IMG/VR virus record: IMGVR_UViG_3300029784_000011
Coordinates: 1 to 44,487 of that record
Length of the DNA stretch: 44,487 bases
Direction: 5' to 3' (one strand)
DNA from: a virus
The translations under genes and the position numbers were made by a program. How positions within the stretch are numbered: the first letter of the stretch is position 1; each line of letters begins with the position of its first letter. Below the pieces are notes generated by a model that saw only the letters and a list, made by a program, of their open reading frames with translations, did no database searches and was not told where the DNA came from. Shown here piece after piece: positions 30,772 to 41,437 of the stretch.

Positions 30772-30799
30772 GCGGGGCGAATAAAGCCCCGCTTTTCTT
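30772..30799 (+). terminator. Rho-independent terminator after the lysis cassette
   Basis: GCGGGGC (30772-30778) / GCCCCGC (30786-30792), followed by TTTTCTT. Confidence 0.8.
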
Positions 30800-30841
30800 A
30801 TATGCTAAAACAAAAACATACTTACGAAAGGAGTATAAATA

Positions 30842-31570
30842 ATGGGCGGAATAAAGTATGTAAAAACGAAAGCCCCAACTGTGAAATCACCCGCATACAA
30901 AGCGCCATCGGGATATAAGGGGGCGTATGACAAGCAGCTCTCAGGCGCCCTTGATAGTGTCGTAAATTGGAAATACGACCCAACAAAGGACGCTAGTTAT
31001 CAGTCGTTGGCGAAGCTTTACACTCAGCGTGGAGAACAGGCGGCTAGAAATACAATGGGGGATGCGGCGGCACTTAACGGTGGATTCGGAACAAGCTATG
31101 CGGTTAGTGCGGCTCAGCAGTCGAGAAACGACTATAACGCGGAATTTGCCACAAAGGCTATGGAGCTTGAAGATAAAGCATATAACCGTGCTTCCACTTC
31201 ATTATCTGCACTTAGAGACGCGGACGACACGTCATATGGACGGTACAGAGACAAGGTGTCCGATAGCCAGTGGGGATATGAGCAGAAGAATAACAACTAC
31301 TGGCAGGGTAAAAACTTCAAGGAAGATGCTCTCATGAATCGCCTTAATTACAATGTGAACGTATATCAGGCAAAAAAAAGTAGCTCTTCCGGGGGTCGGA
31401 AGTCCTCTCGGAAGAGTAGTGGTGGTGGTAGAAGAAGTAGCGGAAGCACTTATTACTCTCCTAGCGCATCGACTTCCAGAGGTTCAAGCAGTTCGGGTGG
31501 CGGTGGAAAGTCATTTGCCGATAAAGTAATGTCGGCGGCATCCAAACTTCAGAAAAACAAGAAGAAATAG
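30842..31570 (+). CDS. Hypothetical protein (242 aa) with an S/G/R-rich C-terminal tail
   Basis: AAGGAG RBS. C-terminal low complexity SSSSGGRKSSRKSSGGGRRSSG.... Possibly a virion-internal protein (inference). Confidence 0.6.
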   Translation: MGGIKYVKTKAPTVKSPAYKAPSGYKGAYDKQLSGALDSVVNWKYDPTKDASYQSLAKLYTQRGEQAARNTMGDAAALNGGFGTSYAVSAAQQSRNDYNAEFATKAMELEDKAYNRASTSLSALRDADDTSYGRYRDKVSDSQWGYEQKNNNYWQGKNFKEDALMNRLNYNVNVYQAKKSSSSGGRKSSRKSSGGGRRSSGSTYYSPSASTSRGSSSSGGGGKSFADKVMSAASKLQKNKKK

Positions 31571-31584
31571 AAAGGGGCATTGCC

Positions 31585-34500
31585 TTGGGAAAGAAAGATA
31601 AGAAAGCGTATGAAGCGTATCTAAAAGCCCATAAAGGAAAGGGTTCTTCCGGGAACTCTTTCCTTTCTACTAATACGAACAAAAGCAAGAAGGAAGTAAA
31701 AAAGCGTGTAAAGGCAGTCAGGAAGTCTACACCTAAAAAGAGCGGAAGTCAGGCTTATAGAGAGTATCAGAACATTCACTCGGGGAACGGCTCTACAGGA
31801 AATACTTTCCAGTCTACCAACGCAAACAAGAGCAAGAAGGAAGTAAAGAGAAGGGTTCAGAGCGTTTCCACACCTTCTACTTCCTCACAGCGTGATAGTT
31901 ATGAAGCACGGAAAAAAGCGGCGAACAGCTACCTTAACAGGGAGCGTTCGTCTACTTCTCGTCTCGGAAATACTTTTCAGGCAACAAGGGAAACTGCAAA
32001 ATATAATCCTGAAAAGCGTGAGAGACAGCAGTCTATCGAGAAAAAGAGAAGAGAGGGTATTCAGGCGGTAGAGAATCGCTATGCGAAAACTTCCAGTCCT
32101 TCAAAACTCCATGACGGTGTTATGTCTGAACAGCAGACCGAACCTATCCACGAAAAACAGGTTAAGATTGAAAATGAGATAACCGAACAGAACAGACAGC
32201 GTGCAAAGGACTACATGGAACAGGAGTCCTCGGGGCAGAAACAGCATGAAGGAAAGTTCAACGGAACAAAGAACGAGAATCAGCAAGAAGCGGTTCGTGG
32301 AATGGCAGAAGTTAAGAAAAATAACCAGGATCGCATTGAAGCAGAAAACACACGGAAGAATCTTCAGGCAAAACGAAAAGAGAGCGGTTCTAACGGAAGC
32401 TCACAGCTCGGGAATAACTTTAACAAGGACGTTAACGCCGTTCGTGAGAGTGTAAAGAATAAATCGGGCAAGTACTACGATGAAGCACAGCGGATTAAGA
32501 AGAACGAAGAGACAGAGCGTGCGAACCAAGCGGCTTCATTAAAAAGAATTTCCGACAAGTCGGACAGACAGGTAGAGATTGAGAATCAGAAGAAACTGGA
32601 AGAAACACAGAAACAGCTCTCAAAGAATCGGAGCAATGAAAAGGTTTCCTATGGTGCCTCACCTATGGAAATGGGCGAACATCAGAACGGCTCTACAGCT
32701 TCTCGGAGAATGGATAACAACCGCATTGATTTGTCCAATACAAAGCTTGCTCGTGCCGATGAGAGATTAAGTGACGCTACAGTCGGAACAGGGAAGCAGA
32801 TTGTCGGCGGATTTGCAAAAACAGCTGGTGACGTTGCGGACGTGTACACAAGACATGGCGGAGCGTCCATCGTCAAGGCAAACAAATTCGAAGAAGATAG
32901 ATTCATCAATAGTCAGATTCAGCGGAAAGACGTGTCAGGGGGCACTAAAAACACGCTTAGAGGGGTCAAGGAGGGCTATAACAACGCAGAAGAGTATATG
33001 CGTAGCGGTGGCATGTATAACCCTGGAAAGGCGCTATATTCGGTCGGAGAGAAGATTCAGGCAAGCGGTGACAAACAGGTTGAGAAGTCCATGGAAGGAT
33101 TGACACGGTTTGAAAAAATCCTCATGGGTGCTTATACCTCTGGTCTCGGTACGGCGGCAGATATGAGTTTTGGCCCGTATTGGGCGGTGTCCATGGCGGC
33201 TAGAACATACGGTAACACAAGGGGCAGTGCGGAAGCACAGGGAGCAACAGCCGGAGAAGATAGACTCTATTCCGTGCTCCAGGCGCTTAAAGAAACAGGA
33301 ACAGAGTACATGTTCGCCGGTGCCGGTCTTGCCAGCAAGCTCACAGGTGCCGGTGCGGCTCTTGAAAAAACTGGTCTCGGTGCTTTAAAGTCAACTGCAC
33401 TTGATAGACTCGCCGTAGGTGTGGGAAACAGATTCGGAAATGTAGCTGCTAATGTGGCTTATTCGGGTGCGAAACTTGCCCTTGGTGGAACAGAAGAAGC
33501 AACCGAAGAACTTGTAGGCGGTCTTTTGGATGCGCCTATCACGAACCTTTCCTATGGAAATGCCGTAGATGAACGGAGAGAAAAGAGCTATCGTGAAATG
33601 CTTCTCGGTGGTTCAGATAACCTTGAAGATAGAATCTCGAATGAGGCGGCACAGTACGGAGTCAGTAGGGAAGAACTGGCGAAGGTATACGGCGAAGACA
33701 TTAACAGTAAAGAGTTCCTGGAAGAGCAGATTCAATCCTATGTTGATTCGGGTATGAGTCAAAAGCAAGCTGCTTCCATGGCAGAGAAAATGCAACAGTA
33801 CTTATCCGCAAGCATTTCGGGAGACTCTAAAAAGGCAAAAAAGCTTGAAGATGAAATGACGGCAGATTACATGAAGATGGTTTCTGTAAAACAGAAATTT
33901 TCCGCATCCGAAACTTTGGATGCCATGGCTTCTGCATACATTATGACAGCGGTAACGGGCGTGGCGACTAACGGTCGTGCTCTTTCCTATGGAGCAAATG
34001 TCAGAGATAGCCTAAAGCAAGACTATGCAATGAAGAGCATTAGGGGACTTGATGATAATGTCAGTCCTGAAATTCTTAAGAACGTGCTCTCAGAGAAGGT
34101 ATCAAGCTACAACACGGCACAGGCAATGGCAGATATTGCGGTAAACGTAGAGGATAGCAAAATTGCCACAAGAGCACAGGCGATTAAAGACACTGCAAAC
34201 GAGGGAACGGATATTGCCTTGGAGCAGTACGCAGATATGGCACATGCAATCAATGTTCAGATGACAAAGAACTCGGAGTCCATTCAGACTGCACGGAATT
34301 TGGCTATGCGGAAAGTGGAGAATGAAAACCTTGACGCTGGAGCAGACAGACTTATTAACGGATCGTCTAAAGTTGCACAGAAGCACGGAGACGAAGTTGT
34401 GAAGAGAGTCACCGATACGGCCGTTGAAATGAATAAGTCTTTCGATGAAGATAGACAGCTTGATGATGTTCAAATTGGCGATGTGGCAAGAGCGGCGGGA

Positions 34501-37500
34501 AACCTTGAAACAGGAACGCTTAATCCCGAAGACGTTGAAACGCTCATGTCAAACAAAACAGAAGAGCGTGAAGTGTTCGAAAAGGCGACTGGTGAGAAGT
34601 TGCCTCAGATTCTGAACAGCGACGGCACATTGAATGCGATTGAGACGAACAAGGCAACAAGGGAATATCTCTTTGCAAAGGCGGCAGACAACTTTGTTGT
34701 TCGTGCACGGGAAGAGAACGAAGTCTACAAGAACGAAGTTCGTGGAAGATACGAATCGGAGTACTCCAATAACATGGGTTCTATCGGTCAGAGCGTAGTT
34801 CAGGAGATTTCGAACAAAGCGGACGTTTCATCGGAAGCAGATTACAACGTGCTTATGCGGCAGATGGAGCGTGCCTATAATGCGGCGAAGGAAGGAAAGC
34901 CCGATACTATCCTCGATACAATCAAGCGTGACATTGTGGAGAACTACGGATTCAAGGCAGAAGATGTAGACTCCATGATTAGGGCGGGAAAAATTGATTC
35001 GGGCGGCAACGGCTTTACCGTAAAGGCAAGCGGAAATACGAATGCCGAAACAAGAAAAGCGCTCAAGCAGTTCGCCGATATTTTCTCGGTGAATATTGAA
35101 CTCACCGACGACATTCAGAGTTACACAGGCGGAGCCGATGTGAACGGTCTGTTCGACTATGCAACGAATACAATTATCTTGAATTCTGCAACACCATCGG
35201 AAAACATGGCATATACCGCAATGCACGAACTTGTCCACGGTATCAAGGATTATGACATGAAGGGGTATGATAACCTCGCCAAAGCGTTCAAGACGATGTG
35301 GACACAGGATAATGCGGAGAACTTCAACAAGACGATTAAGGACGTGAAGGAACGCTACAAGAAAGCGGGTAAGAAGCTGAATGATGAACAGGCTTTAGAA
35401 GAGGTTATTTGCTCTCAAATGGGCGAAATTCTGCACGATGATAAGTTCATGGACAGAATTACCGAAAAGCATTTTAAAGCCGGCAGAACGCTTCTAAACG
35501 CCGTTAGAAGGGTAATCAGAAAGATTCGGGATATATTCGGTCTCGGAAATCAGTTCGACAGCAGATACAAGGAGGCTCTGTTCTCTCAGTACAATCTTCT
35601 TAAGGATGCCGAAGAGTTTTTGGCAACAGCACTCCACAACAAAAAGCTCGCTATGGGTCTCGGAAAGATGGTACAGCGTGAAGGAAAGGCTTATTCCGTG
35701 AATGATTCTATGGACGTTGAACCGGATGTTGATTATGACTATATCCGACGCTTAACGCCGGAAGAGTATGAACAGCAGCTTAAGAAATACGGTGATGAAA
35801 GACGGACGATTGCCGACCAGGAGAAGCTTGACAGCTTAAAAGGTACGGAGGACGAGTACGACAAGCTTTTTGAAAAACAAGAGCGTGTAGCACAGTTAAT
35901 TGAGTACAGACGACGTGCTGGGTTAGAAACGGAGTCCGAAGATTTCGGTTACGATGATGAGTACGACGATTACATTAAAGGCTTCACGAACATTGAGAAC
36001 AGTGAAGACAGCGAACTTGTAAACGAACTTATCAATTGGAATGAAGAGACGAAAGACCATAAGGATTTCAAGAAACAGTCGTTCCCTCGCTTCAACCCTA
36101 TGATTAAACAGGATAACATCGACACGAGAGCAGAAATCCGTGAAGCAATCGATTCCGTCATTGAACCGCTTAAGGCAGATAAAAAACTCACACATGGACA
36201 GGTTCTGAACGCAAAATCGGTGAAGAATAAAGTCGGCGATCTCCTTCACAAGGTTGTCGGTGATGATACCACCATGTCGAAGAAAACCATGCGTGAGACA
36301 AGAAACTTTGCGGTTGACGCACTCACAACGGCATATTATGAGCTTCAGAAGGAACATCCGAATATGGATGTCGTTTACGATGTCTTGGAAAAGGCAAGTG
36401 AAGAGATTGTTGATGTGATTGATTACAACTATGAGAACGACGAAATGCGTGAATTTCTCAGCATTAAGCGTGCACTCAGAAAAAATCCTATCTACATTGA
36501 ACGCTCAAAGTGGGGCGATTATAGAACGGTCAACAACGTGACAGTTTCTGAAATGAATAGACACTTCCAGTATGTTACCGTAAGACACGGAAGCGCTAGT
36601 TATACAGGAAGCTTTGCTTCTGCGATGGCTGATTCGAACAGGAAGAAATCGAATGTTGACACGTATTTAAATGAGAACCCTGATATAGCAACAGCTCTTT
36701 TCGGCATCGAAGATACCAAAATTGGCTTAGGCAGTGCACTACAAGAAGATGGAGAGCTTCACAACGAAGAAGGTTTACCGTATATCTTGGAAGAGCGTAT
36801 GCAGTCTTGGGCGAATAGTCTTGATGGATTGAGTGAATACGATTGCAATCAGATGAAAAAAGCTCTTGTTAACGACCTTTCGGAAATTCTTATTCAGGAT
36901 GCGGAATCGTACAAAACCTATGCAGATAAGCAGAAGGAAAAGTATGACACCATGAAGAATCGCCTTAAAGGTGAAAGGGACGCTCTCGCCGCCAAACTGA
37001 AAGACACAAATGATACGTTAGAGAAAACGAAAACAGCGGCGAAAAATCAGGCGGAGAAATACGAGAAGAAGCTCGAATCTCAGGAAACGAAGTACAAGAA
37101 GATGATTGATACGAGGGAAAAACGTATCGAGAATGTGAAGGAAAAGAACAAAGCGAAGGAAGAGAAGCGGAAGCGCCGTGAAGAGGAAAAGAAGGTTCTC
37201 AACAACATCAACGTGAACTACGCATGGCTTTCTTCACGACTTCTCACGAAGGAACGTAAGTACGAGAAAAACATTCCACAGGAGATTAGAAGACCGCTCG
37301 CACAAGCTCTTGTAGCTCTCGACATTCAGACGGCAAACTCTGTTAAGGCAGAGCAGAGGGAAATTAAAAAGACGGGAACACCTACAGGGGCCGCCTTGAA
37401 ACTTCACAAATTGAGAGACGCTATGCGTGAAATCTCTAAAGAGAAGGAGTATCAGGGTATGTTCACGGAGAACGATGTTCTCATGAATAATCTTGAAGTG

Positions 37501-40500
37501 CTCGCTTCCATCGACAAACCTATGAGGGATATGACCCTCGAAGAGCTGAGGGTTGTAAAAGACGTTCTGAAGGGCATCCGATTTGAGATTACCGAAGGAC
37601 AGGAAATGGACCTGAACGGACAGAAACAGTCGTACAAAAGAATCAGTGATAATATCTGCAATGACTTTGAAGAAATGATTAAGAAGTACGGCGAAGCGAA
37701 GAAATTCAAAGGTGCGTATGGATTAGTTCGTGATTTTGTGAACTTTGATAACGTAACACCGATGAGCTTTTTCAAGAATGCCGGCGGCACATTCAGTCAT
37801 ATTTGGGACGTGCTTAGAAACTCTCAGGATAAGTATTTCCAGTACACAAAAGAGACGGCAGAGTTCGTTGAAACCCTTCCGGGGAACAAGCGGTGGTTGC
37901 GCCTTAATGGGGGACACAGTGACGCTCAGAAGTGGCAAGACCACAGGAACGAGATTGAGCTTGAATCGGGGAAGAAAATTGATGTGAGCGACACTCAGAT
38001 TATGTCGCTCTATCTGCTGGCGAAGCGTAAAGCGGCAATGAGGCATATCTACGGAGAAGGAATCCGTGTTCCTGTTATTAACAAGGACACACGGAAGATT
38101 CGCGAGAAGGTAGCCGACAAGGTGCTTATGCGTGACATGACCGACTATGAGACGGTGGCAGTCACCGAGGCAGATTTGGCGGATATGTTCGCTCTTCTCA
38201 CTCCACAGCAGAAGGATTTTGCCAACGCAATGCAAGATTATCTTTCAACGGTTATTGCAGAACGTGGAAACAAGGCTTCCTTGGAGATGTACGGAGTTCG
38301 GTTATTCGAGGAAGAAAACTATTTCCCAATGTACACGGTACAGGACGGAAAGTTTAAAAACCTTGAAACAGGCTACAATGGCATTGCTGGTATTCCTGAC
38401 CCTGGGTGGAGTAAGAACGTAAACGAAAAGGCAGAGAACGCTCTTGTGATTGAGGATTGTATCAGAGTGTTTGCTCGTCACTGCGATGAAATGAATCTGT
38501 ACGCTTCTTCTCAGAAGGCACTGAAAGACATTACACGTCTTCTGAATACGGGTGATGTAAGCAATCAGATGATTCGGGCATTCGGTGTTCAGTCTATCGA
38601 CTACACGAAGAATATCATCAACGACTTTAGACACCAACAGGATAAGAATGTTGACGGTTGGTCGAAGATTATCAATGCCGGAATGAACAATTACAAAAGA
38701 GCTGCTATTGCCGCAAACCTTAGTGTATGGGCGCAGCAGTACACGGCAGTGTGTAGGGCGTGGATGGAAATTAGCCCGAAGTATTTCTTCTTGAGGACTC
38801 CTAAAGACACGATGCTTCCACCGAAGATTCAGTCGAAAAAGCGGAATGCTCTGATTGAAGAAATGAACAAGTATTGTCCTATCACGTGGTGGAAGTTCCA
38901 AGGCAACCATGAACTGAACTTCTCTCGCTCGTCAGAAGACATTATCATGAACAAGAAGTCTATTCGTGATAAGCTCGCCATGGGCGTTTATGAAGCGGCA
39001 GACCTTAGAACATGGCTCCACATTTGGAAAGCTGTAAAGGCAGAGACAAGGGCAACACGGAAAGACTTGAAACCGGGCAGTGAAGAATTCCTTAAGTACT
39101 GCGGTGAACGTGCGGCATACATTTTCGACTACACTCAGACGGTAGATTCTCCACTTCACAGAGCACAGATTATGCGTGATAAGAATGTCATCGCCAAATC
39201 TGTTTCCTCGTTTAAAGCGGAGCCTTTAAAGACATTCAATATCTTCAGAGACGCTTTAATCGAAGCAAGCCGTTACAAGAAGGAAGGGAAAAAGGTGAAA
39301 GCCGCAAAAGCAGTAACGAAGATGGCGACGGTTCTCACAATCAATTCCTTTGCGGCGGCATTTGCAAAGACTCTTATTCAGGCGATGAGAAAAACGGATA
39401 AGGCAAAAGATGAAGATGAGCCTATCACCTATCTTGCGGCATTCAAAGAACTGTTTGGCGATAACTTCTGGTCAAATGAAAACCCAATTCGGCAGATTCC
39501 GGGATTCGAAGAGTTGTGGGGCGTATTCAACACGACACTTGACCTTCTCAGTGGAGAGGAAGTTGATTATTTCAGTTTAATGTCTCAGAGCAATATTACT
39601 TCCGATTGGCTTTACTCAATCAATAAAGCGCTCTATAAGTACAACAAGAAGAAAGCGGATAACGGCTTGTCAATCGGTGATAGTGTCGATTTCCTGAACA
39701 CGATTCTCGCCTTTGCGGGATTCGGTTTTGCCAATGCGAAACGAGACGTTGGAGCAATAACTAACGCTCTCGGACTACCTGATCCGTTCGCTGTTTTTGC
39801 GGACGCTGCGGAGGATCGCGTGGATGTATTCGCAAAGAAGTACAAGGAAATGGGCGGTTCAGTTCCTGGGGAGCCTAACGCTGTTGAGAAAAAGCTCGGT
39901 GGAGTTGCGGAAAAGGCTGCTAAATCAAACTCGCTTTTCGGAAAGCTCAAGAGCGCCTATGAAAAACTCTCGAACTCAGAGGATACAGACGACTATGGTT
40001 TTTGGGACGACGAAGGACTCGGAGGAAGAACTATTAAGGCTCTTTTCAGAGTCAAGGAAGGTTCGAAGCTCGATGATAGGCTCGATTCTTTGGGCTTCAC
40101 GAGAGACAAGAAGGAACGTGAAAAGGCGGCTTTTGATGCCGACGTTGAAAAAGCTCTCGCAAAAGCTCAGGGCAAGAAGGGTGAGTACCGTGAAGAGGCG
40201 GTAGTCAACTATATCAAGAAGGACTGGAAGAAGCATCTTAAAGAGGGAACAATCTCTATCACAGACTGGTACAAGGATTGTGAGCGTAGAAAAAAACTGA
40301 TGAAGGCTTGCGGAGTCTCAAAAGAAACTCGGGAAAAATTCAATGAGGCAATCATAAGCGAAACTCGTACGAGATACCATAAAGACATTGAAAAATGGGA
40401 TAAAAAGGCATTTTCTCGCATGGACGAGTACACAAACTACCTCGCCGAACAGGGCTGGTCTAAAGAGGACATTTCCCGGAAGATGATTGAGAACTCAGAC

Positions 40501-41097
40501 ACGGCACGTGAGTTTAAACAGGCGTGCAAGGTTGAGAATGCGGAAGGTGCGGCGAAGTCCTTAGCAAAACTGATGGACGCTGGCATTACCAAAGAGGACA
40601 TTAATTATCTGTACGAGAATCGAAACCGTGTGAAGATTGGTAAGGATTCGAAGTACTACAAGGAAGCTCAGGCACTTGGACTTGATGAAGAGGGCAAAGG
40701 TAAGGCAACCGGAAAGTACATCTACCCGGCACACGGAACAATCACTTCCTATTTCGGCTACAGAAATGCGCCGACTGCGGGTGCTTCCTCGAATCACCCG
40801 GCAATCGACATTGCCGTTCCTGAAGGCACTAGGGTTAGTGCTTCCGATGGCGGTACAGTTATTGCGACCGGTTGGTCTGGTGGCTATGGAAACATCGTTC
40901 AGATTGACCACGGAAACGGAGTAGTCACTCAGTACAGCCACTTGTCTAAAGTCGGTGTAAGGAGGGGTCAGAAGGTTGCACGGGGTCAGGAAGTCGCCCG
41001 GTCAGGAAATACGGGAGTCTCCACTGGTCCGCACCTTGACTTTAAGATGATGATTAATGGGGAACCAGTGGACCCTCTGAAACATCTAACAAAGTAG
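31585..41097 (+). CDS. Giant polyvalent protein (3,170 aa): basic repeats, Gly/Ala-rich hydrophobic region, zincin-like HExxH, long helical region, C-terminal M23 peptidase
   Basis: TTG start 7 nt after GAAAGGGG. Four GN(S/T)F..T repeats in the first ~300 aa. HELVH at aa 1214-1218 (nt 35224-35238). K/E coiled coil. M23 signature H3071PAID...GNTGVSTGPHLDF at nt ~40700-41094. Confidence 0.85.
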   Translation: MGKKDKKAYEAYLKAHKGKGSSGNSFLSTNTNKSKKEVKKRVKAVRKSTPKKSGSQAYREYQNIHSGNGSTGNTFQSTNANKSKKEVKRRVQSVSTPSTSSQRDSYEARKKAANSYLNRERSSTSRLGNTFQATRETAKYNPEKRERQQSIEKKRREGIQAVENRYAKTSSPSKLHDGVMSEQQTEPIHEKQVKIENEITEQNRQRAKDYMEQESSGQKQHEGKFNGTKNENQQEAVRGMAEVKKNNQDRIEAENTRKNLQAKRKESGSNGSSQLGNNFNKDVNAVRESVKNKSGKYYDEAQRIKKNEETERANQAASLKRISDKSDRQVEIENQKKLEETQKQLSKNRSNEKVSYGASPMEMGEHQNGSTASRRMDNNRIDLSNTKLARADERLSDATVGTGKQIVGGFAKTAGDVADVYTRHGGASIVKANKFEEDRFINSQIQRKDVSGGTKNTLRGVKEGYNNAEEYMRSGGMYNPGKALYSVGEKIQASGDKQVEKSMEGLTRFEKILMGAYTSGLGTAADMSFGPYWAVSMAARTYGNTRGSAEAQGATAGEDRLYSVLQALKETGTEYMFAGAGLASKLTGAGAALEKTGLGALKSTALDRLAVGVGNRFGNVAANVAYSGAKLALGGTEEATEELVGGLLDAPITNLSYGNAVDERREKSYREMLLGGSDNLEDRISNEAAQYGVSREELAKVYGEDINSKEFLEEQIQSYVDSGMSQKQAASMAEKMQQYLSASISGDSKKAKKLEDEMTADYMKMVSVKQKFSASETLDAMASAYIMTAVTGVATNGRALSYGANVRDSLKQDYAMKSIRGLDDNVSPEILKNVLSEKVSSYNTAQAMADIAVNVEDSKIATRAQAIKDTANEGTDIALEQYADMAHAINVQMTKNSESIQTARNLAMRKVENENLDAGADRLINGSSKVAQKHGDEVVKRVTDTAVEMNKSFDEDRQLDDVQIGDVARAAGNLETGTLNPEDVETLMSNKTEEREVFEKATGEKLPQILNSDGTLNAIETNKATREYLFAKAADNFVVRAREENEVYKNEVRGRYESEYSNNMGSIGQSVVQEISNKADVSSEADYNVLMRQMERAYNAAKEGKPDTILDTIKRDIVENYGFKAEDVDSMIRAGKIDSGGNGFTVKASGNTNAETRKALKQFADIFSVNIELTDDIQSYTGGADVNGLFDYATNTIILNSATPSENMAYTAMHELVHGIKDYDMKGYDNLAKAFKTMWTQDNAENFNKTIKDVKERYKKAGKKLNDEQALEEVICSQMGEILHDDKFMDRITEKHFKAGRTLLNAVRRVIRKIRDIFGLGNQFDSRYKEALFSQYNLLKDAEEFLATALHNKKLAMGLGKMVQREGKAYSVNDSMDVEPDVDYDYIRRLTPEEYEQQLKKYGDERRTIADQEKLDSLKGTEDEYDKLFEKQERVAQLIEYRRRAGLETESEDFGYDDEYDDYIKGFTNIENSEDSELVNELINWNEETKDHKDFKKQSFPRFNPMIKQDNIDTRAEIREAIDSVIEPLKADKKLTHGQVLNAKSVKNKVGDLLHKVVGDDTTMSKKTMRETRNFAVDALTTAYYELQKEHPNMDVVYDVLEKASEEIVDVIDYNYENDEMREFLSIKRALRKNPIYIERSKWGDYRTVNNVTVSEMNRHFQYVTVRHGSASYTGSFASAMADSNRKKSNVDTYLNENPDIATALFGIEDTKIGLGSALQEDGELHNEEGLPYILEERMQSWANSLDGLSEYDCNQMKKALVNDLSEILIQDAESYKTYADKQKEKYDTMKNRLKGERDALAAKLKDTNDTLEKTKTAAKNQAEKYEKKLESQETKYKKMIDTREKRIENVKEKNKAKEEKRKRREEEKKVLNNINVNYAWLSSRLLTKERKYEKNIPQEIRRPLAQALVALDIQTANSVKAEQREIKKTGTPTGAALKLHKLRDAMREISKEKEYQGMFTENDVLMNNLEVLASIDKPMRDMTLEELRVVKDVLKGIRFEITEGQEMDLNGQKQSYKRISDNICNDFEEMIKKYGEAKKFKGAYGLVRDFVNFDNVTPMSFFKNAGGTFSHIWDVLRNSQDKYFQYTKETAEFVETLPGNKRWLRLNGGHSDAQKWQDHRNEIELESGKKIDVSDTQIMSLYLLAKRKAAMRHIYGEGIRVPVINKDTRKIREKVADKVLMRDMTDYETVAVTEADLADMFALLTPQQKDFANAMQDYLSTVIAERGNKASLEMYGVRLFEEENYFPMYTVQDGKFKNLETGYNGIAGIPDPGWSKNVNEKAENALVIEDCIRVFARHCDEMNLYASSQKALKDITRLLNTGDVSNQMIRAFGVQSIDYTKNIINDFRHQQDKNVDGWSKIINAGMNNYKRAAIAANLSVWAQQYTAVCRAWMEISPKYFFLRTPKDTMLPPKIQSKKRNALIEEMNKYCPITWWKFQGNHELNFSRSSEDIIMNKKSIRDKLAMGVYEAADLRTWLHIWKAVKAETRATRKDLKPGSEEFLKYCGERAAYIFDYTQTVDSPLHRAQIMRDKNVIAKSVSSFKAEPLKTFNIFRDALIEASRYKKEGKKVKAAKAVTKMATVLTINSFAAAFAKTLIQAMRKTDKAKDEDEPITYLAAFKELFGDNFWSNENPIRQIPGFEELWGVFNTTLDLLSGEEVDYFSLMSQSNITSDWLYSINKALYKYNKKKADNGLSIGDSVDFLNTILAFAGFGFANAKRDVGAITNALGLPDPFAVFADAAEDRVDVFAKKYKEMGGSVPGEPNAVEKKLGGVAEKAAKSNSLFGKLKSAYEKLSNSEDTDDYGFWDDEGLGGRTIKALFRVKEGSKLDDRLDSLGFTRDKKEREKAAFDADVEKALAKAQGKKGEYREEAVVNYIKKDWKKHLKEGTISITDWYKDCERRKKLMKACGVSKETREKFNEAIISETRTRYHKDIEKWDKKAFSRMDEYTNYLAEQGWSKEDISRKMIENSDTAREFKQACKVENAEGAAKSLAKLMDAGITKEDINYLYENRNRVKIGKDSKYYKEAQALGLDEEGKGKATGKYIYPAHGTITSYFGYRNAPTAGASSNHPAIDIAVPEGTRVSASDGGTVIATGWSGGYGNIVQIDHGNGVVTQYSHLSKVGVRRGQKVARGQEVARSGNTGVSTGPHLDFKMMINGEPVDPLKHLTK

Positions 41098-41106
41098 GTG
41101 AGCGAC

Positions 41107-41355
41107 ATGACCAACGAAGTAATATGGACTAAAATAGTACTGGAACGGTTCATCGAACAGGCGAACTTGTCCGAAGACGAAGAAATTGTAATGCGTACAC
41201 GTGCGGCTGGTTGGAGCAGAACAAAGCAAGCCATGGAGCTGAACCTATCTGTTTCGACGATTGATAGGATTATCAGTAGGCTTAAACGGAAGTACGACGA
41301 AGTACAGGCATATGACCCAATATTGCCTCCACGGCAACGAGGGGTTTACAGGTAG
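41107..41355 (+). CDS. Small sigma-70 region-4 / LuxR-type HTH regulator (candidate late activator)
   Basis: EEIVMRTRAAGWSRTKQAMELNLSVSTIDRIISRLKRKY is a region-4-like HTH. AGGTGAG RBS before ATG 41107. Confidence 0.6.
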   Translation: MTNEVIWTKIVLERFIEQANLSEDEEIVMRTRAAGWSRTKQAMELNLSVSTIDRIISRLKRKYDEVQAYDPILPPRQRGVYR

Positions 41356-41370
41356 AAATGTGATAGGAAG

Positions 41371-41408
41371 ACGACGGTTAATCGAAAGGTTGACCGTCGT
41401 TTTTCTTA
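41371..41408 (+). terminator. Rho-independent terminator
   Basis: ACGACGGT (41371-41378) / ACCGTCGT (41393-41400), followed by TTTTTCTT. Confidence 0.7.
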
Positions 41409-41437
41409 TTACAATTTGGACAAGGAGGAATAATACC

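Noticed and set aside
31585-41097. Giant ORF as an N4-like virion RNA polymerase or as a classical tape-measure protein
   Set aside because: I could not recognise T7-like RNAP motifs (A/B/C) or DxDGD-type motifs by eye. There are no tail tube, sheath or chaperone genes to go with a tape measure. The question is left open for profile and structure searches rather than asserted.
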